DNA from: Octopus vulgaris
Lineage: Eukaryota
DNA: 64,000 nt
Assembly (NCBI GenBank): GCA_951406725.2
Contig: OX597831.1
Span: 63,550,001 to 63,614,000, forward strand
Direction: 5' to 3'
The position numbers and the translations under genes were made by a program. The stretch's first letter is position 1, and each line of letters begins with the position of its first letter. Below, piece by piece: positions 1 through 13,725 of this stretch. Under the pieces are notes generated by a model, which did not search any database, was not told the origin of the DNA, and saw only the letters and a program-made list of their open reading frames with translations.

Positions 1-47
<47 letters not shown>

Positions 48-48
48 C

Positions 49-119
<71 letters not shown>

Positions 120-138
120 TAACAACAATAACAATAAC

Positions 139-206
<68 letters not shown>

Positions 207-222
207 TAACAACATTATAATA
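1..222. repeat. (AAT)n microsatellite with AAC interruptions
   Basis: Direct reading of the tandem repeat. Confidence 0.98.
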
Positions 223-414
223 ATGTTCTTGAGTAATCTTTTTTTTTAATATTATGATTTTCTAGGATGCACTTGTATGAAATGTGATAATTTGTATCAA
301 ATAACTAAATATTAATTAGCAGTTATCCACTTGCCTAATTAACTTCTCAAATTTCCATACAAGAACGCAGATTTCTGTAATATTATATATATAACAGCAT
401 TATATGCGTGCGAG

Positions 415-477
<63 letters not shown>

Positions 478-1166
478 GTATATATGAGTATGTGAATATG
501 TATAAGAGGGAGAGAAATATCATTTGGATGCATTAGGTGTTACTACCTGTTGGAAAGAGAGAACTCTACGTTTGGAGACAAAAATTTATTGACCGATTCC
601 ACGAAAATGTGCGCGCTTGAGTATGCGTGTGTGTGTGTGCGCGCGCGTGCTTGTGTGTGCGTGTGTGTGTGTTTTTAGTTCCTTAGTATGTTACAGTCAT
701 CACGTCTAAGGTCATCCAGATGTCACACGCAATTCATTGTTATGTTTCCTTGTGTCTGAGCATCGTTAGGTTTTCCGATTATGGTGCTGTGCTTCTTGTA
801 CACACACATATGCACTCATACACACATACACACACACTTATACACATCCACGCATATACACACTCACATACACACGTATGTATGTGAGTGTGCGTACGTC
901 TGTCTGTCTGTGAGTGGGCGTGTGTTGTTTCCTGTTCATTTATTGACAACTCTTGGCAAAACCCGAGGCAATTCCCGGCTTACAAACTAGTTCCGTTGTT
1001 TCGGTCTTTAAATCGGATTTATATGTCAGTCGGAAGAGTTAAGTACACTTCGTATTAGTTTGTCAAATGTTTACCTTTATATATAGTATATATTTTACTT
1101 AAAACCTATTATTGCCCTCACAGATACACACGTACAACAGTGGCTAGGGTTATAATATTTATCTAT

Positions 1167-1488
1167 GGATGGAAGCACTCCGTCGGTTACGACGACGAGG
1201 GTTCCGGTTAATCCGATCAACGGAACAGCCTGCTCGTGAAATTAACGTGTAAGTGGCTGAGCACTCCACAGACACGTGTACCCTTAACGTAGTTCTCGGG
1301 GATATTCAGCGTGACACAGAGAGTGACAAGGCCGGCCCTTTGAAATACAGGTACAACAGAAACAGGAAGTAAGAGTGAGTTTTAGGTGTTTTCGCTCAAT
1401 AAACACTCACAACGCCCGGTCTGGGAATCGAAACCGCGATCCTACGACCGCGAGTCCGCTGCCCTAACCACTGGGCCATTGCGCCTCC
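1167..1488 (-). mobile_element. tRNA-derived SINE, shared head/core with 3' tail type A; internal deletion in core
   Basis: Minus strand begins GGAGGCGCAATGGCCCAGTGGTTAGGGCAGCGG...GGTTTCGATTCCC (Pol III A/B boxes) and ends ...GACGGAGTGCTTCCATCC. 11-bp TSD TATTTATCTAT at 1156-1166 and 1489-1499. Confidence 0.9.
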
Positions 1489-2392
1489 TATTTATCTATA
1501 TTCCCTACCACATAAATGATAAAATAGTCTGCATTGAAGTTGGGAGAAGTTGGCAGAAAAATATGTATTGAACTCGTTGAAAAAAAATTGTGAGGAACAT
1601 GAATATAAGTCTAGCTTGCTATCTAATTTGAAACGAACTAAGCGGTTTTACAGTTTCTGTCTCTTTTTTTTTTTTTTCTCTTAAGTTTCAAATGCTCTCA
1701 TTTTCTTATCTGTAAGCCATAAGGAAATTTATCAATCTTTTCAAGTCTTATCTAATTTTATAAATACTCTTTCAAGTATTTTTATGTGGTTAATCCTCTG
1801 GAACACCTTACAACGATGAGGAAACGACATTTCCGAAATCGGCCGTCTGTGATTATGGAGAGGATAAATACCAAAATTTTAAAAGAAACTAAATTATTAA
1901 AAATAGATACCGAAATTGAAATGGCGTTTTATAATTATTTTATGAAGAGAGAACAATACAGAATATTTCCAGCAAACTGCACAAGCAGGAGAATCGGCCG
2001 CAGCAGCCGCCCCGCTCTAGTTGTTGACTACCGCAGTGAAAATTCAAGATGCTAATGTTGGCGGCAGTGGTGGTGGTGGTGGTTGTGGTGATTGCCGTGG
2101 TTGTGGTAGTGGCGATGGAGGTGTTTGGTGGTACGCAAAATGCTTGACTTGTAGATGAGTTGGTGGTAGAAGTGTGCGATTGTTCTTGCTCTTAATGTAA
2201 CTGTTGGTTGTTGTTGCTTTTGTGGTGGTGGTGGTGGTGGTGGTGGTGGTGGTGGTGGTGGTGGTGATTATGATGGTAGTAGTGGCGTTGTTATATTCTT
2301 GTTGTTGCTAGTGGTGGTGGTAGTGGTCATGATAGTGGTACCAACGACATTGTTTCTCTTCAATTATGTGTGGTATCAGAGCAGCAATGGTA

Positions 2393-2665
2393 AACACCTA
2401 AAGCTCCACGAGGCTCCGGCAGAGGGGGGGGGGGGCGACCCCTGTTGTGCTCTTTCGTCCCAACTTTCTCTCACTCTTTCTTCCAGTTTCTTATCCCCGA
2501 GTTCCTACTCAATCGCTGAGCCTGGATGCACATTCATCCATCCGTCGATGCTCTCGATTTCGGGGGTTGATCTGCTTTCTCCTCTGCGGGTCTTACGAAT
2601 AGCAAAGGACCACGTTTCGGATTTCTCCCATTAATGGGACGAAGACCGCTTCGCTTAACAGCAAC
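2393..2665 (+). mobile_element. 5'-truncated SINE, shared core with tail type B
   Basis: Core AAACACCTAAAGCTCCACGAGGCTCCGGCAG..., tail homologous to 10376-10768 ending in CAACAG repeats. 13-bp TSD AGCAGCAATGGTA at 2380-2392 and 2666-2678. Confidence 0.88.
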
Positions 2666-2876
2666 AGCAGCAATGGTAGTTGTAGCCGCATAGGTAACTA
2701 AGAAAAGAACGAAATGCGTATTCTATGAAAACTCAGCCGCCTCAAAGCCTGTTTCTGTCCTCAGCATTCCCTCTTTCTGGTTGGGTGGGAAATTTGTAGC
2801 CACATGTGTTCAGTAAGATAAAATTCATATATAAACATAAATATATAATACAAAAATGTGTGTATATATATCGTCA

Positions 2877-3260
2877 AACGTGGCTGTGTGGTAAGAAGTT
2901 TGCTTCCAAACCACATGGTTCCTTGGTCAATCCCACTGTGTAGCACTTTGGGAAAGTATCTTCTACTATAGCCTTGGGCCGACGAAAACCTTGTGAGTGG
3001 ATTTGGTAGACGAAAACTGAAAGAAACCTGTCGTATATATGCGTGTGTGTGTTTGTGTCTGTTTTTGTCCGCCCACCTACTGCTTAACAACCAGTGTTTG
3101 TGTGCTTATGTCCCCGTAACATAGCGATTCAACAAACAAGACTGATAGAATTAGTACCAGTACTTTAAAGAATAGGCACTGGGATCGATTCGACTAAAAT
3201 TCTTCAATGCTGCGCCCCAGCACAGCTGCAGTTTGGTGACCGAAACAAGTAAGATAAAAG
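2877..3260 (+). mobile_element. tRNA-derived SINE, second family (GTGGCTGTGTGGTAAGAAG head, internal CA/TG tract)
   Basis: Homologous to 5773-6150(-), 24228-24612(+) and 48490-48862(+); ends GAAACAAGTAA(A)AGA. Confidence 0.85.
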
Positions 3261-3261
3261 C

Positions 3262-3628
<367 letters not shown>

Positions 3629-3958
3629 GCTCTAGAGGATCTAGAAATAGTGGAACCAAACATTCCCTGCAGATAGCTCTGCAAAAATTTTGACAATAAC
3701 AAGTTTATAAAAGAGCAAATAAACAACAATTATTTTCGAGACTTGGGAAGCGAAGTGTGACACATTTTACCTAGGTAGAAGCAAACACAACAACAGCAGC
3801 ACCACCACCAACAACAACAACAGCAACAACAATAATAATGATTGTTGCTGAAGTATTTATAACTGAGAGGGAGAATGAGTGTGTTTGGGTATCAAAAAAA
3901 AAAAATAGCATTAAAGAAAAACTTCTTAAGCAGTTTATATCGAATGTTCTCTGGCTTT

Positions 3959-4066
3959 TCATCTCCGCGCTCGCTTTATTAATTCCACTTTAATTTCAAT
4001 AGTGATCGTTATCCTTTTCTTTGATGCATCGCTACTACTTGCATCGGATTTACGCTTTAGATGCAT
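3959..4066 (-). pseudogene. pogo/Tigger-like transposase N-terminal fragment
   Basis: Translates MHLKRKSDASSSDASKKRITITIEIKVELIKRARR*, resembling the KRK..S..KKR..IT.E.K.E.IKR N-terminal HTH start of Tigger/CENP-B-type transposases; truncated by a stop. Confidence 0.55.
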
Positions 4067-4308
4067 AGTTACGGGAATAAACACAAGGAAAATAACACGA
4101 ATAACACACATACACATGACTGTGTTTACGTGATTCGACTTAAAATGGCGACAGCATGACCTAGGGCGGCAGAACAACGTATTATACTTTGAGCATTATT
4201 TTTATTCCTTTGTATCTACATTATGTGAGTGTGTGCGTCCCACTGTCACTTACATACACACATACCTGCATATATACATTCACACACTATACACACACAC
4301 AAACATAT

Positions 4309-4348
<40 letters not shown>

Positions 4349-4370
4349 AAATATATATATATATATATAT

Positions 4371-4461
<91 letters not shown>

Positions 4462-4482
4462 ATATGTGACGGTTATCTGGCC

Positions 4483-4545
4483 AGATAACTGAAGAGATGG
4501 TGTTGTGGATTTCCACCTCGGCATCCGAAACTCAGAGTTTTATCT
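4483..4545 (+). ncRNA. type I hammerhead ribozyme motif in a PLE pLTR-like repeat (about 4454-4650)
   Basis: Stem I AGATAA/TTATCT, core CTGAAGA, stem II GATG...GTGGA-TT-TCCAC...CATC, then (C)GAAA, stem III ACT-CAG-AGT, GUU cleavage triplet. Confidence 0.75.
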
Positions 4546-4830
4546 TGGCTATTGAATAATTGTCACATATTATTTTACAGATAAATTCCTCTATTTACAT
4601 AATATTGAGGTCTCTTTCTTTCTTTTTTTATCGTACCATTTTTACCAATCTTATATATATATATATATATATGAGCGACTGCAGGTCTTCCATAAAAAGA
4701 ACCCTAAGTTGTGCGACTTTCCACCCAGACTTGTACCCTCCAGGAGAACCTCTTAGGTGCACCCGTGCTCAATAGCGACTGACAAATACATACGGCTCTG
4801 TGGTAAGAAGTCCGCTTCCTAACCACATGG

Positions 4831-4907
<77 letters not shown>

Positions 4908-5055
4908 AAGAGACAGAGCCTCCATAAAGTAATTCAATTAATAATGAAATATATCTATAATAAAATATAAATTTAAATATATTATTATATATTATTATTA
5001 ACATTCTACTAAAAATTTCTATACTGAAAAATACACATTAAAAAAAATACACATT

Positions 5056-5119
<64 letters not shown>

Positions 5120-5120
<1 letters not shown>

Positions 5121-5398
5121 TCGACTCCGTCAGTTACTAATGAGCATGGGTGCACCTAAGAGGTTCCTCCGAGGTACGTGTCTGGGCAGAAAGTCGCTTC
5201 ACCGGCGAACGCACAACTGAGCCTCCCTTCGCACACCATCAATGTTATCACAACTCATTTCTGTAGCTGAGTGAACTGGAGCAAAGTGAAATAAAGTGTC
5301 TTGCTCAACAACACAACGCACAGCCTAGTCCGGGAATTGAGCTCACAACCTTACGATCGTAAGCTAGACGCTCTAAGCACTGAGCTATGCGCCTTCAC
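5120..5398 (-). mobile_element. tRNA-derived CORE-like SINE (partial inverted copy of its tail at about 4700-4783)
   Basis: Minus strand GTGAAGGCGCATAGCTCAGTG...TCAATTCCC, core TTGAGCAAGACACTTTATTTCAC, 3' end GTAACTGACGGAGT similar to tail A. Confidence 0.75.
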
Positions 5399-5435
5399 AA
5401 ATATATATGTATATATGTATATATATGTATATATG

Positions 5436-5511
<76 letters not shown>

Positions 5512-5514
5512 ATT

Positions 5515-5605
<91 letters not shown>

Positions 5606-5738
5606 AATGGTTTATATATATATATATATATTTGGTTTGCAAGATTTTTGATGTGAAATCGTGTGTTGAAACAGATATTGTTGTATTTAGGAATGGTCAT
5701 TGGCTAAACTACCAAAATGACCATTCCTAAATACAACA

Positions 5739-5769
<31 letters not shown>

Positions 5770-5772
5770 TAC

Positions 5773-6150
5773 CTTTTAACTTTTATTTATTTCAGTCATT
5801 AGACTGCGGCCATGCTGGGACGTCCGCCAGCCTTGAAGATTTTTTAGTCGACAGAGTCGATCACTGGACCTATTTTCTAAAGCCAAGTACTTATTCTATT
5901 TTGCCGAACCGCTAAGTTACAGGGACGTAAACAAACCAACACCGGTTATCAAGCAGTGGTAGGGGACAATCCCTGACACAAAGACACGCAAACTTACACA
6001 CACAGGATTCTTTCAATCTCCGTCTACAAAATCCACTCACAACGCTTTGATCAGCTCATCGCTATAGCAGAAGACACTTGCTCAAGGTGCCACGTAGTGG
6101 GACTGAATCCGGAACCATGTGGTTAGGAAGCGGACTTCTTACCGCAGAGC
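5773..6150 (-). mobile_element. tRNA-derived SINE, second family
   Basis: Reverse-complement homology to 2877-3260. Confidence 0.85.
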
Positions 6151-6559
6151 CGTATGTATTTGGGAAAATTTAGAGAGGGAGAGAGAGAGAGAACTCGCAT
6201 CATATGTCTACAGACGTAATTGTAGTTGATAATTTTGCTTCAGAACCAATGTCGGTCTGAATTCAATTCCACTGCGCAGACATTGCCTTCCTAAAGCCTG
6301 GACACACTGAACAGTGGCCCGGGGAGCCCCAACGCCAAGTTGCTCAATCCTGTTCTATGTAAGCTGGGGATTGCAGTCAAGATATAATTTTGGGGGCCCC
6401 GTGCATTGATTTACGCAGGTTCCTATAACGTCACGAAGCCGGCACTGTGCGCAGCATCTTGGGCATGTATCCTCTCTCAAAGCCTTGGATTAACCAATAT
6501 TGTAGATTTTGGTAAATTGAAACTCTACAAAGGCCTATTATCTACGTGTGCACGTGTGT

Positions 6560-6911
6560 TCTGTCATATATAATTTTAGAGGAGAGGGTAAAGTTGATTC
6601 CGTGGACCTCAGGGTTCAAATGTTACTTATATTTTTCGACTTCAAAAGAATGAAAGGTAAAGTCGACCTCAGCAGAATTATATGTACGTATTGCTTTCAA
6701 ATTCTGACACAAGGCCAGCAATTTCGGAGAAGGGTTAAGACGATTGCATCAACCCCTGTACTCAACTGGTTTTTATTGACCCCGTGAGGATGAATTCACT
6801 TCGTGAAGACGGATGAAATGCCGCTGAGCATTTCGCCCAGCGTGCTAACGATTCTGCCAACTCACCGCCTTGGAATTATATTAACATGTTCACATCAGTT
6901 TCATATTATTA

Positions 6912-6982
<71 letters not shown>

Positions 6983-7680
6983 TCTGAGGTAGATAGCAGT
7001 CAGAATCGTTACCACGCCGGAAAAAGAAAATGTTTAGTGGTATTTGTTCTGATTTTACGTTCTGAGTTCAAATACTGCCGGGGTCGACTTTGCCCTTCAC
7101 CCTTTTGGGGTTGATAAAAATAACTGCCAGTCAAGCACTGGGGTCAATGTAATAAACTGGCACCCCCACCTCCAAAATTTCAAGCCTTGTGCCTATAGTA
7201 GAAAGGATTATTACTACCGCCAAGGTGACAAGCCGGTAGATTCGTTAGTACGCCGGACAAAGTATTTATCGACATTTCTTCCGGCTTTATATTCTGAGCT
7301 CAAATGCTGCTGAGGTCGACTTTGCTTTTCATCTTTTCGGAGTCGATAGAATAAATATATGTTGAGCAGTAAGGTCGATGCAATCGACTCCCCCGCCCCC
7401 TCATAATTACTGACCTTGTGCCAACAATTAGAAAGCCTCATTACTACCTTTACGAGGGCGGTGGATTGGTTAAATCATTTCAGCGTCAGGCAAAATACTT
7501 TGCAATATGTTCCGGCACTTTATGTTCTGAGTTCAAATCCCGCCGAGATCAACTTTGCCATTAATCTTTTCGAGGTCAGCAAAATAAAGTAAAATGAAGT
7601 ACCTGTCAAGTACTGCGCTTCATAGATTTGACTAAGCCTTCTCTAAAAAATTGCTGACCTTGCGCCTATATTAAAGGAAC
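6560..7680. mobile_element. cluster of 4-5 degenerate copies of a third SINE family (minus 6560-6870; plus 6985-7210, 7220-7440, 7455-7680)
   Basis: Recurring GGCGAGCTGGCAGAATCGTTAG...TTCTGAGTTCAAAT...GAGGTCGACTTTGCCTTTCATCCTTTCGGGGTCGATAAA motif. Confidence 0.8.
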
Positions 7681-7694
7681 ACTTATATCAATCA

Positions 7695-7730
7695 GTAGTA
7701 GTGGTGGTGGTGGTCGTAGTAGTAATAGTG

Positions 7731-7774
<44 letters not shown>

Positions 7775-7829
7775 GGTGGTGGTGGTGGTGGTGGTGGTGG
7801 TGGTGGTGGTGGTGGCGTTAGTGGTGGAG

Positions 7830-7870
<41 letters not shown>

Positions 7871-7931
7871 GGTGTCGTTGTTGGTGGTAGTAGTAGTGGC
7901 GGTAGTGGTGGTGGTAGTCGTGGTGTTAGTC

Positions 7932-7975
<44 letters not shown>

Positions 7976-8000
7976 AGTGGTAGTGGTAGTAGTAGTAGTG

Positions 8001-8034
<34 letters not shown>

Positions 8035-8042
8035 CGGTAGTC

Positions 8043-8079
<37 letters not shown>

Positions 8080-8093
8080 TAGCAGCAGTAGTA

Positions 8094-8151
<58 letters not shown>

Positions 8152-8249
8152 CAGCAGCAGTAGTAGTAGTAGTAGTAGTGGCGTTGTTGGTGGTGGTAGT
8201 AGTAGTGGCGGTAGTGGTGGCGGTAGTGGTGGTGGTAGTGGTAGTGCTG

Positions 8250-8304
<55 letters not shown>

Positions 8305-8414
8305 TGGTAGTGGTGGTAGTAGTAGTGGTAGTAGTAGTAGTAGTGGCGTTGTTGGTGGTGGTAGTAGTAGTGGCGGTAGTGGTGGCGGTAGTGGTGATGG
8401 TAGTGGTAGTGCTG

Positions 8415-8465
<51 letters not shown>

Positions 8466-8474
8466 TTAGTGGTA

Positions 8475-8517
<43 letters not shown>

Positions 8518-8585
8518 CGTTGTTGGTGGTGGTAGTAGTAGTGGCGGTAGTGGTGGCGGTAGTGGTGGTGGTAGTGGTAGTGCTG

Positions 8586-8625
<40 letters not shown>

Positions 8626-8640
8626 CAGCAGCAGCAGTAG
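7695..8640. repeat. compound (GTA)n/(GTG)n trinucleotide array with ~170-bp higher-order units
   Basis: Direct reading. The block GTGGCGTTGTTGGTGGTGGTAGTAGTAGTGGCGG...GTGCTGGTGG recurs near 8178, 8343 and 8514. Confidence 0.95.
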
Positions 8641-8973
8641 TAACGCTGTCAACAGTCGTAATAGTCAGCACTGGTAGCTACAAGTACATCAACCACTTTA
8701 CCGACAACAATAACATCAACAACCGCAGCAGCAGCAGCATCAATATTAACAACAGCAGCAACGAAAACAACAGTTAATATCTGTATTGGCGACGACAGCA
8801 GCAGCTGCTGCTTCTGCCGCTGCTGCTGCAATATGAGAGTAACAATGACAGGAAGAGCAATAGCAGCAAGACTAAGTATACAACAGCAACAAGATCAAAC
8901 AAAGATAAGATCAGATCAGTAACAGCAGCAGCAGCAGCAACTCTACCACCAACACCAGCAGCAGATGTAGCAG

Positions 8974-9009
<36 letters not shown>

Positions 9010-10130
9010 GCGAACCACAACGTTAAGGAGGGCGGCATACGTAGCAGATGCATCGGGAAGTACAACAACAACAACAACAAGATCAAGTGTATCACACAGA
9101 GCAGCAACAGTAGCGGTTAAATGCATAACAACAATAGGGTCGTTTATTTTTCGCAATAACAACGGCAAATGCAAAGACTGTTTTGCACGACGTTAGCAAC
9201 TTCGTTAGCAGCGGAATCAACTGATGTGCTGAAAGCAACAGCAGCAACAAGAGCTGCACTGGCTGTCACAACTGCTGTTACAACTGATACAGCAGCAGTA
9301 ACACCAGCGACAGCTACATATCTCGCATCGTTAGCTACTGCTGTAACAGCAACTGATACATTATCAGCAGCAGCAAGAACAGTAGCAACAATGGTTGCCA
9401 TAACAACAGCAACAATGACCACTGTAACAACGACCACGGTAGTAATAATAACAGTAGTAATATAATAACTGGTTGCATTAGCAACAGCGCCAGTTGCTAG
9501 AATAGCAACAATAACTGATACTATAGTAACAACGGTTGCATAAACTGGTACGATAGCTACAGCAGCAGTAACAGCATCTACAACAATAGCAGCGACTGAT
9601 ACGTTAGCAACAACTGTAGCTATATCAACAGCAACAGATACGACGATAGCAACAACCGCTGCTATTGCTGCAATGACTTATTAACTTATGCAGATAATAT
9701 CAGCAACTGAGGTTAGAATAGTAGTAATAACTTATACATTAGCAACAGCAACAGTAGTTATAGCAGCGGCAGCAGCAGCAATAACAGATACATTAGCAAC
9801 AACAGTAACTACAAGGACAGCAATAACTGATTCGACATCAACAACAGTTGCAATGACTGATACAATAGCAACAATAGCAGCAACAACTACTGATGCATAA
9901 CTAACAACGACGAATATATATAGCTAATAACTGCAATAGTAACAAGAACAACAACAGTAACAAGAACATCAGCACGGCAACAATACCTACAACAACAGTA
10001 ATAACTCACGCAATAGAAATACTAGCTGTAAATACAACAGTGGCAGCGACTGAAACATAAGCAGCAACAACAGAAACAGATGTTACGACAGAGGTAATAA
10101 ATGAAAATTCAGCAGTTATGTTACAGAGTA

Positions 10131-10172
<42 letters not shown>

Positions 10173-10375
10173 GATTGTAATAAGTGTTTCTTTAATACAG
10201 GCACAAAGTCAGCAATTTTCAGAGAAGGCTTAGTCGAATCTATGAAGCTCAGAACTTGACAGGTACTTTATTTTACAAAGTTGATCTCGGTGGGATTTGA
10301 ACTCAGGGTAACATAACTGTAGATACAATGGCGAAAGTAGCTGATGCATTGACAGTAACAACAGCAGCAGCAACA

Positions 10376-10768
10376 GTGGAGGTGCAATGGCCCAATTGTT
10401 AGGGCAGTGGACTCGCGGTCGGAGGACCGCAGCTTCGATTCCCAGACCGGGCGTTATGTGTGTTTATTGAGCGAAAACACCTAAAGCTCCACGAGGGTCC
10501 GGCAGGGGGTGATGGCGACCCCTGTTGTACTCTTTCGCTCCAACTTTCTTTCACTTTCTTGTCCCAGAATTCCTACGCAACTGCTGAACCTGGATGCGCA
10601 TTCATCCATCCGTCGACGCTCTTGGTGTCGGGGTTGACCTGCTTTCTTTTCTGCGAGTCTTACGGATAGCAAAGGACAACGTTTCGGACTTCTCCCATCT
10701 TGTGAGTTCTGGGACGAAGACCGTTCGCTCAACAGCAACAGCAACAGCAGCAGCAGCAACAGCAACAG
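10376..10768 (+). mobile_element. full-length SINE, shared head/core with tail type B
   Basis: GTGGAGGTGCAATGGCCCAATTGTTAGGG head, B box TTCGATTCCC, CAACAG tail, inserted in a CAG/CAA-rich target. Confidence 0.9.
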
Positions 10769-11030
10769 TAGATACAATCGCAACAACAAGAAGTATGCTA
10801 ACAATGACATCAGAATAAAATCAGTCATTAGAACTTTCGGCACCAGTTTTAGTTACATTAAAGATGGCACCAGCGTAACACTAGTTATACGATTAACATA
10901 ATCAAACCACTGAGGCAATAGCTTAACTGGTTTACAACTGTACAACAGCAACAACGCCTGTCACTGAAACACCAGTAAATACAACAGCAACAACGCTTGC
11001 CATGCTAACACCAATAGATACAACACCTGT

Positions 11031-11571
11031 AGTGGAGGCGCAATGGCCCAGTGGTTAGGGCAACGGACTCGCGGTCGTAAGAACACGGTTTCGATTCCCA
11101 CACCGGGCATTGTGAGTGTTTATGGAGCAAAAACTCTTAAGCTCCACGAGGCTCCGGCGGTGTGGGAGGTGAGCCCGGTGAACTCTTTCACAACAACTTT
11201 CTCTCACTCTTTCTGCCACTAAGCCGAGAAACCATGGTGTAACCCACTATGGTGTGGTAAACTTTCAGACCCTAGTCTAGATTGCGAATCCTCTGAACCC
11301 CTGGATGGTTCAGCTCTCCACCCGTTAAAAAGTCACCGTTTACGGAATGAGGATAACAACGTGGCTTTCGCGTCCGTGCAATCGCCAGTCTATCGCGTGT
11401 GGTGGGTAGATCTTCAAGTTGCTACACGCATTTTTAGTAGCTTAGAGTAGGCTCGAATTAGAGATTATTGGCGTGAGTCCTGATTGGAAGAAGAAGAAGA
11501 AGAAGAAGAAGAAGAAGAAGAAGAAGAAGAAGAAGAAGAAGAAGAAGAAGAAGAAGAAGAAGAAGAAGAAG
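11031..11571 (+). mobile_element. full-length SINE, shared head/core with tail type D and (GAA)n end
   Basis: Same tRNA head, a unique ~270-bp tail and (GAA)n. 11-bp TSD ACAACACCTGT at 11020-11030 and 11572-11582. Confidence 0.9.
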
Positions 11572-12287
11572 ACAACACCTGTCATAACAACACCAGTAGA
11601 TACAACAACTTCTGACACAATAACGCTAGTAAATACAACTGCAACAACGCCTGTCACAATGACATGGTAGTTAGAAAGAACAGTAACAACTGTTAGAATA
11701 AAAACAGCAGTAACAATTTTTACAGCAACAACGATGGCTGCAAGAATTGCGACAACAGCGAAAGTAGTTGCAACAGCGGTACAATCGCTACAATAACAAC
11801 AGTCGCAGCGGCTGTAGTTACAAAAGAAGCAACAATTGCTTCCACAACAACTGTTGCTACAACAGTAGTGGAATGTAGTAACTGAAATAGTTACAGAACC
11901 AAGAATCCTGGGGAAGGTTAAAGCTGATTATATTAAACTCCAGTGTATCACTGGTACGTTATCTTTATCAGAGGATGAAGGCCAAGTCAACCATTTTAAG
12001 ATTTGAAGTAAAACCGTAAAAGGATGTAACTAAGAACTGCAGTTGGCACCAGGGATTCTGCCATGCCCCTGCTGCACTTTACCAAATGTATAAGCAACGT
12101 AAGCGGTAAAGGCCACTGCAGGGAATCGAAACCCTATGACATTGTTCGTAGTTAACCATTTTTTCTTTTTTTGCAGTTCTTCAAAGTTACAATATTAACG
12201 ATTCCTTAAGTAGACACGTGACTTTTAATGTTCAGTGATAGAACATTTCATGAAAGATATTTCAGTCGCGATCATCTTGTATGTGTA

Positions 12288-12319
<32 letters not shown>

Positions 12320-12446
12320 CATGTGTGTATGTAGCGTGTGTTTGTGCGTGTACAGAGTTGTGTGTACGTGTTTTTGTAATGTTTTCTGTTGTATATATAT
12401 ATATGTGTGTGAGAGTGTATGTATGTGTGTTTTTGCGACGTTTTCC

Positions 12447-12499
<53 letters not shown>

Positions 12500-13652
12500 T
12501 GTGTGAGGAAATACCCACTATCGCTACTTCATTCTTATTTTTAAAATTTTCAGGTGTGAAATCTCGATTTCACTATTGCTTCCTTTTGTTGGGACAAGCA
12601 TATAAAGATCCCTGGAGTATAAGTGAAAGACGATTCGTTGATATTGAAGCTTTTCTTTAGAAACTGTTGCACTCATGATGTAAGTGGAACACCAACAGTT
12701 CCCGATCCCAAAATTAATTGCGAGGAGCCTCAGCGCAGCAGCTGAACCTGAGAATAAAAGTAACCGAATCTTCTTCAAACTACACTTTTGCATCTTCAGA
12801 AAGGAACACCACATAGAAAATTGCAATTTTAATACGATATACCTGAAAAAGAAATGGAATGGTCAAAACAATGACCCCTTCGATCATAGCACTTCTCGAT
12901 CACAGGGGATATCGAAGCTAAACAGTAACTGAACATCATTTTATCTTGTAAAAACTCAGTATCTTCTGAAAAACAAACTGACGCTGGTCGAAAAGCTTCA
13001 ATTTCGTACATAATTAAGTCATCGGTGAGTATTTGAAACTGGTGATATGAGATATCTACAGCTGGTAAGCCATGAGGCTTTTTCGATAAATTAACCGATA
13101 TGACAAGTATTGGCTTAAATCAAATTTATTCCGCAAGGTCAACAAGGCTTCAGACCTGGTTGAGAGCTGGGAAGATGACTTCAAGAGATATATGTCGTGG
13201 TGTGAGTTTGTAAAGGAGGGGAGAGGTCGGTACGTTTCTAGCTGGGGTTAAGCATGTGTGTATGTGTGTGTGGGGGTTCTGTTCTAGAGGAAGCTGCAAT
13301 CAGAGTTTGAAATGACAATGCTAATAATGCTTTGAAAATATTGAGAAGAAAATCTCAGCCTATCACGCAGAATGACATCATGTGAAACGAATGGATTTTC
13401 ATGCGACGCCTTTTTTCTTTGTATTTTTTCCCCTTTATTCTTTTCTTTTACCTTTTCATCTCCTTCTTCTCCCTCTCTCTCTCTCTCCTTCTCTCGCCTT
13501 CTCTGTCTATATCTCTCCTTCTTTCTCTGTTATTCTGCTGTGAATAGAACGACATATTTACTCACTTGTGTAAACAATTGACCAATATTCAGCAGCGTTC
13601 TACATTTTATTTGGAAAAAAAAAAGAATCATACTTTACAGTTATTTTTTTTT

Positions 13653-13725
<73 letters not shown>

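Larger units (their letters stand above)
8641..11900. repeat. decayed ACA/GCA triplet-periodic low-complexity region interrupted by SINEs
   Basis: Strong CAA/CAG periodicity; Thr/Ala-rich translations broken by frequent stops. Confidence 0.7.

Noticed and set aside
7666-8777. 328-358 aa poly-L/P, poly-T and poly-V ORFs
   Set aside because: Translations of a (GTA/GTG)n array; stop-free only because of repeat composition.
11031-11110. tRNA gene-like sequences (also at 1488, 10376, 16758, 17885, 29337)
   Set aside because: They have A/B boxes but no proper acceptor stem and continue into SINE cores with TSDs, so they are SINE heads.
12553-13025. Possible exon after a TTTTCAG acceptor in unique sequence
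   Set aside because: All three frames hit stops within about 110 nt; a non-coding exon cannot be supported or excluded.
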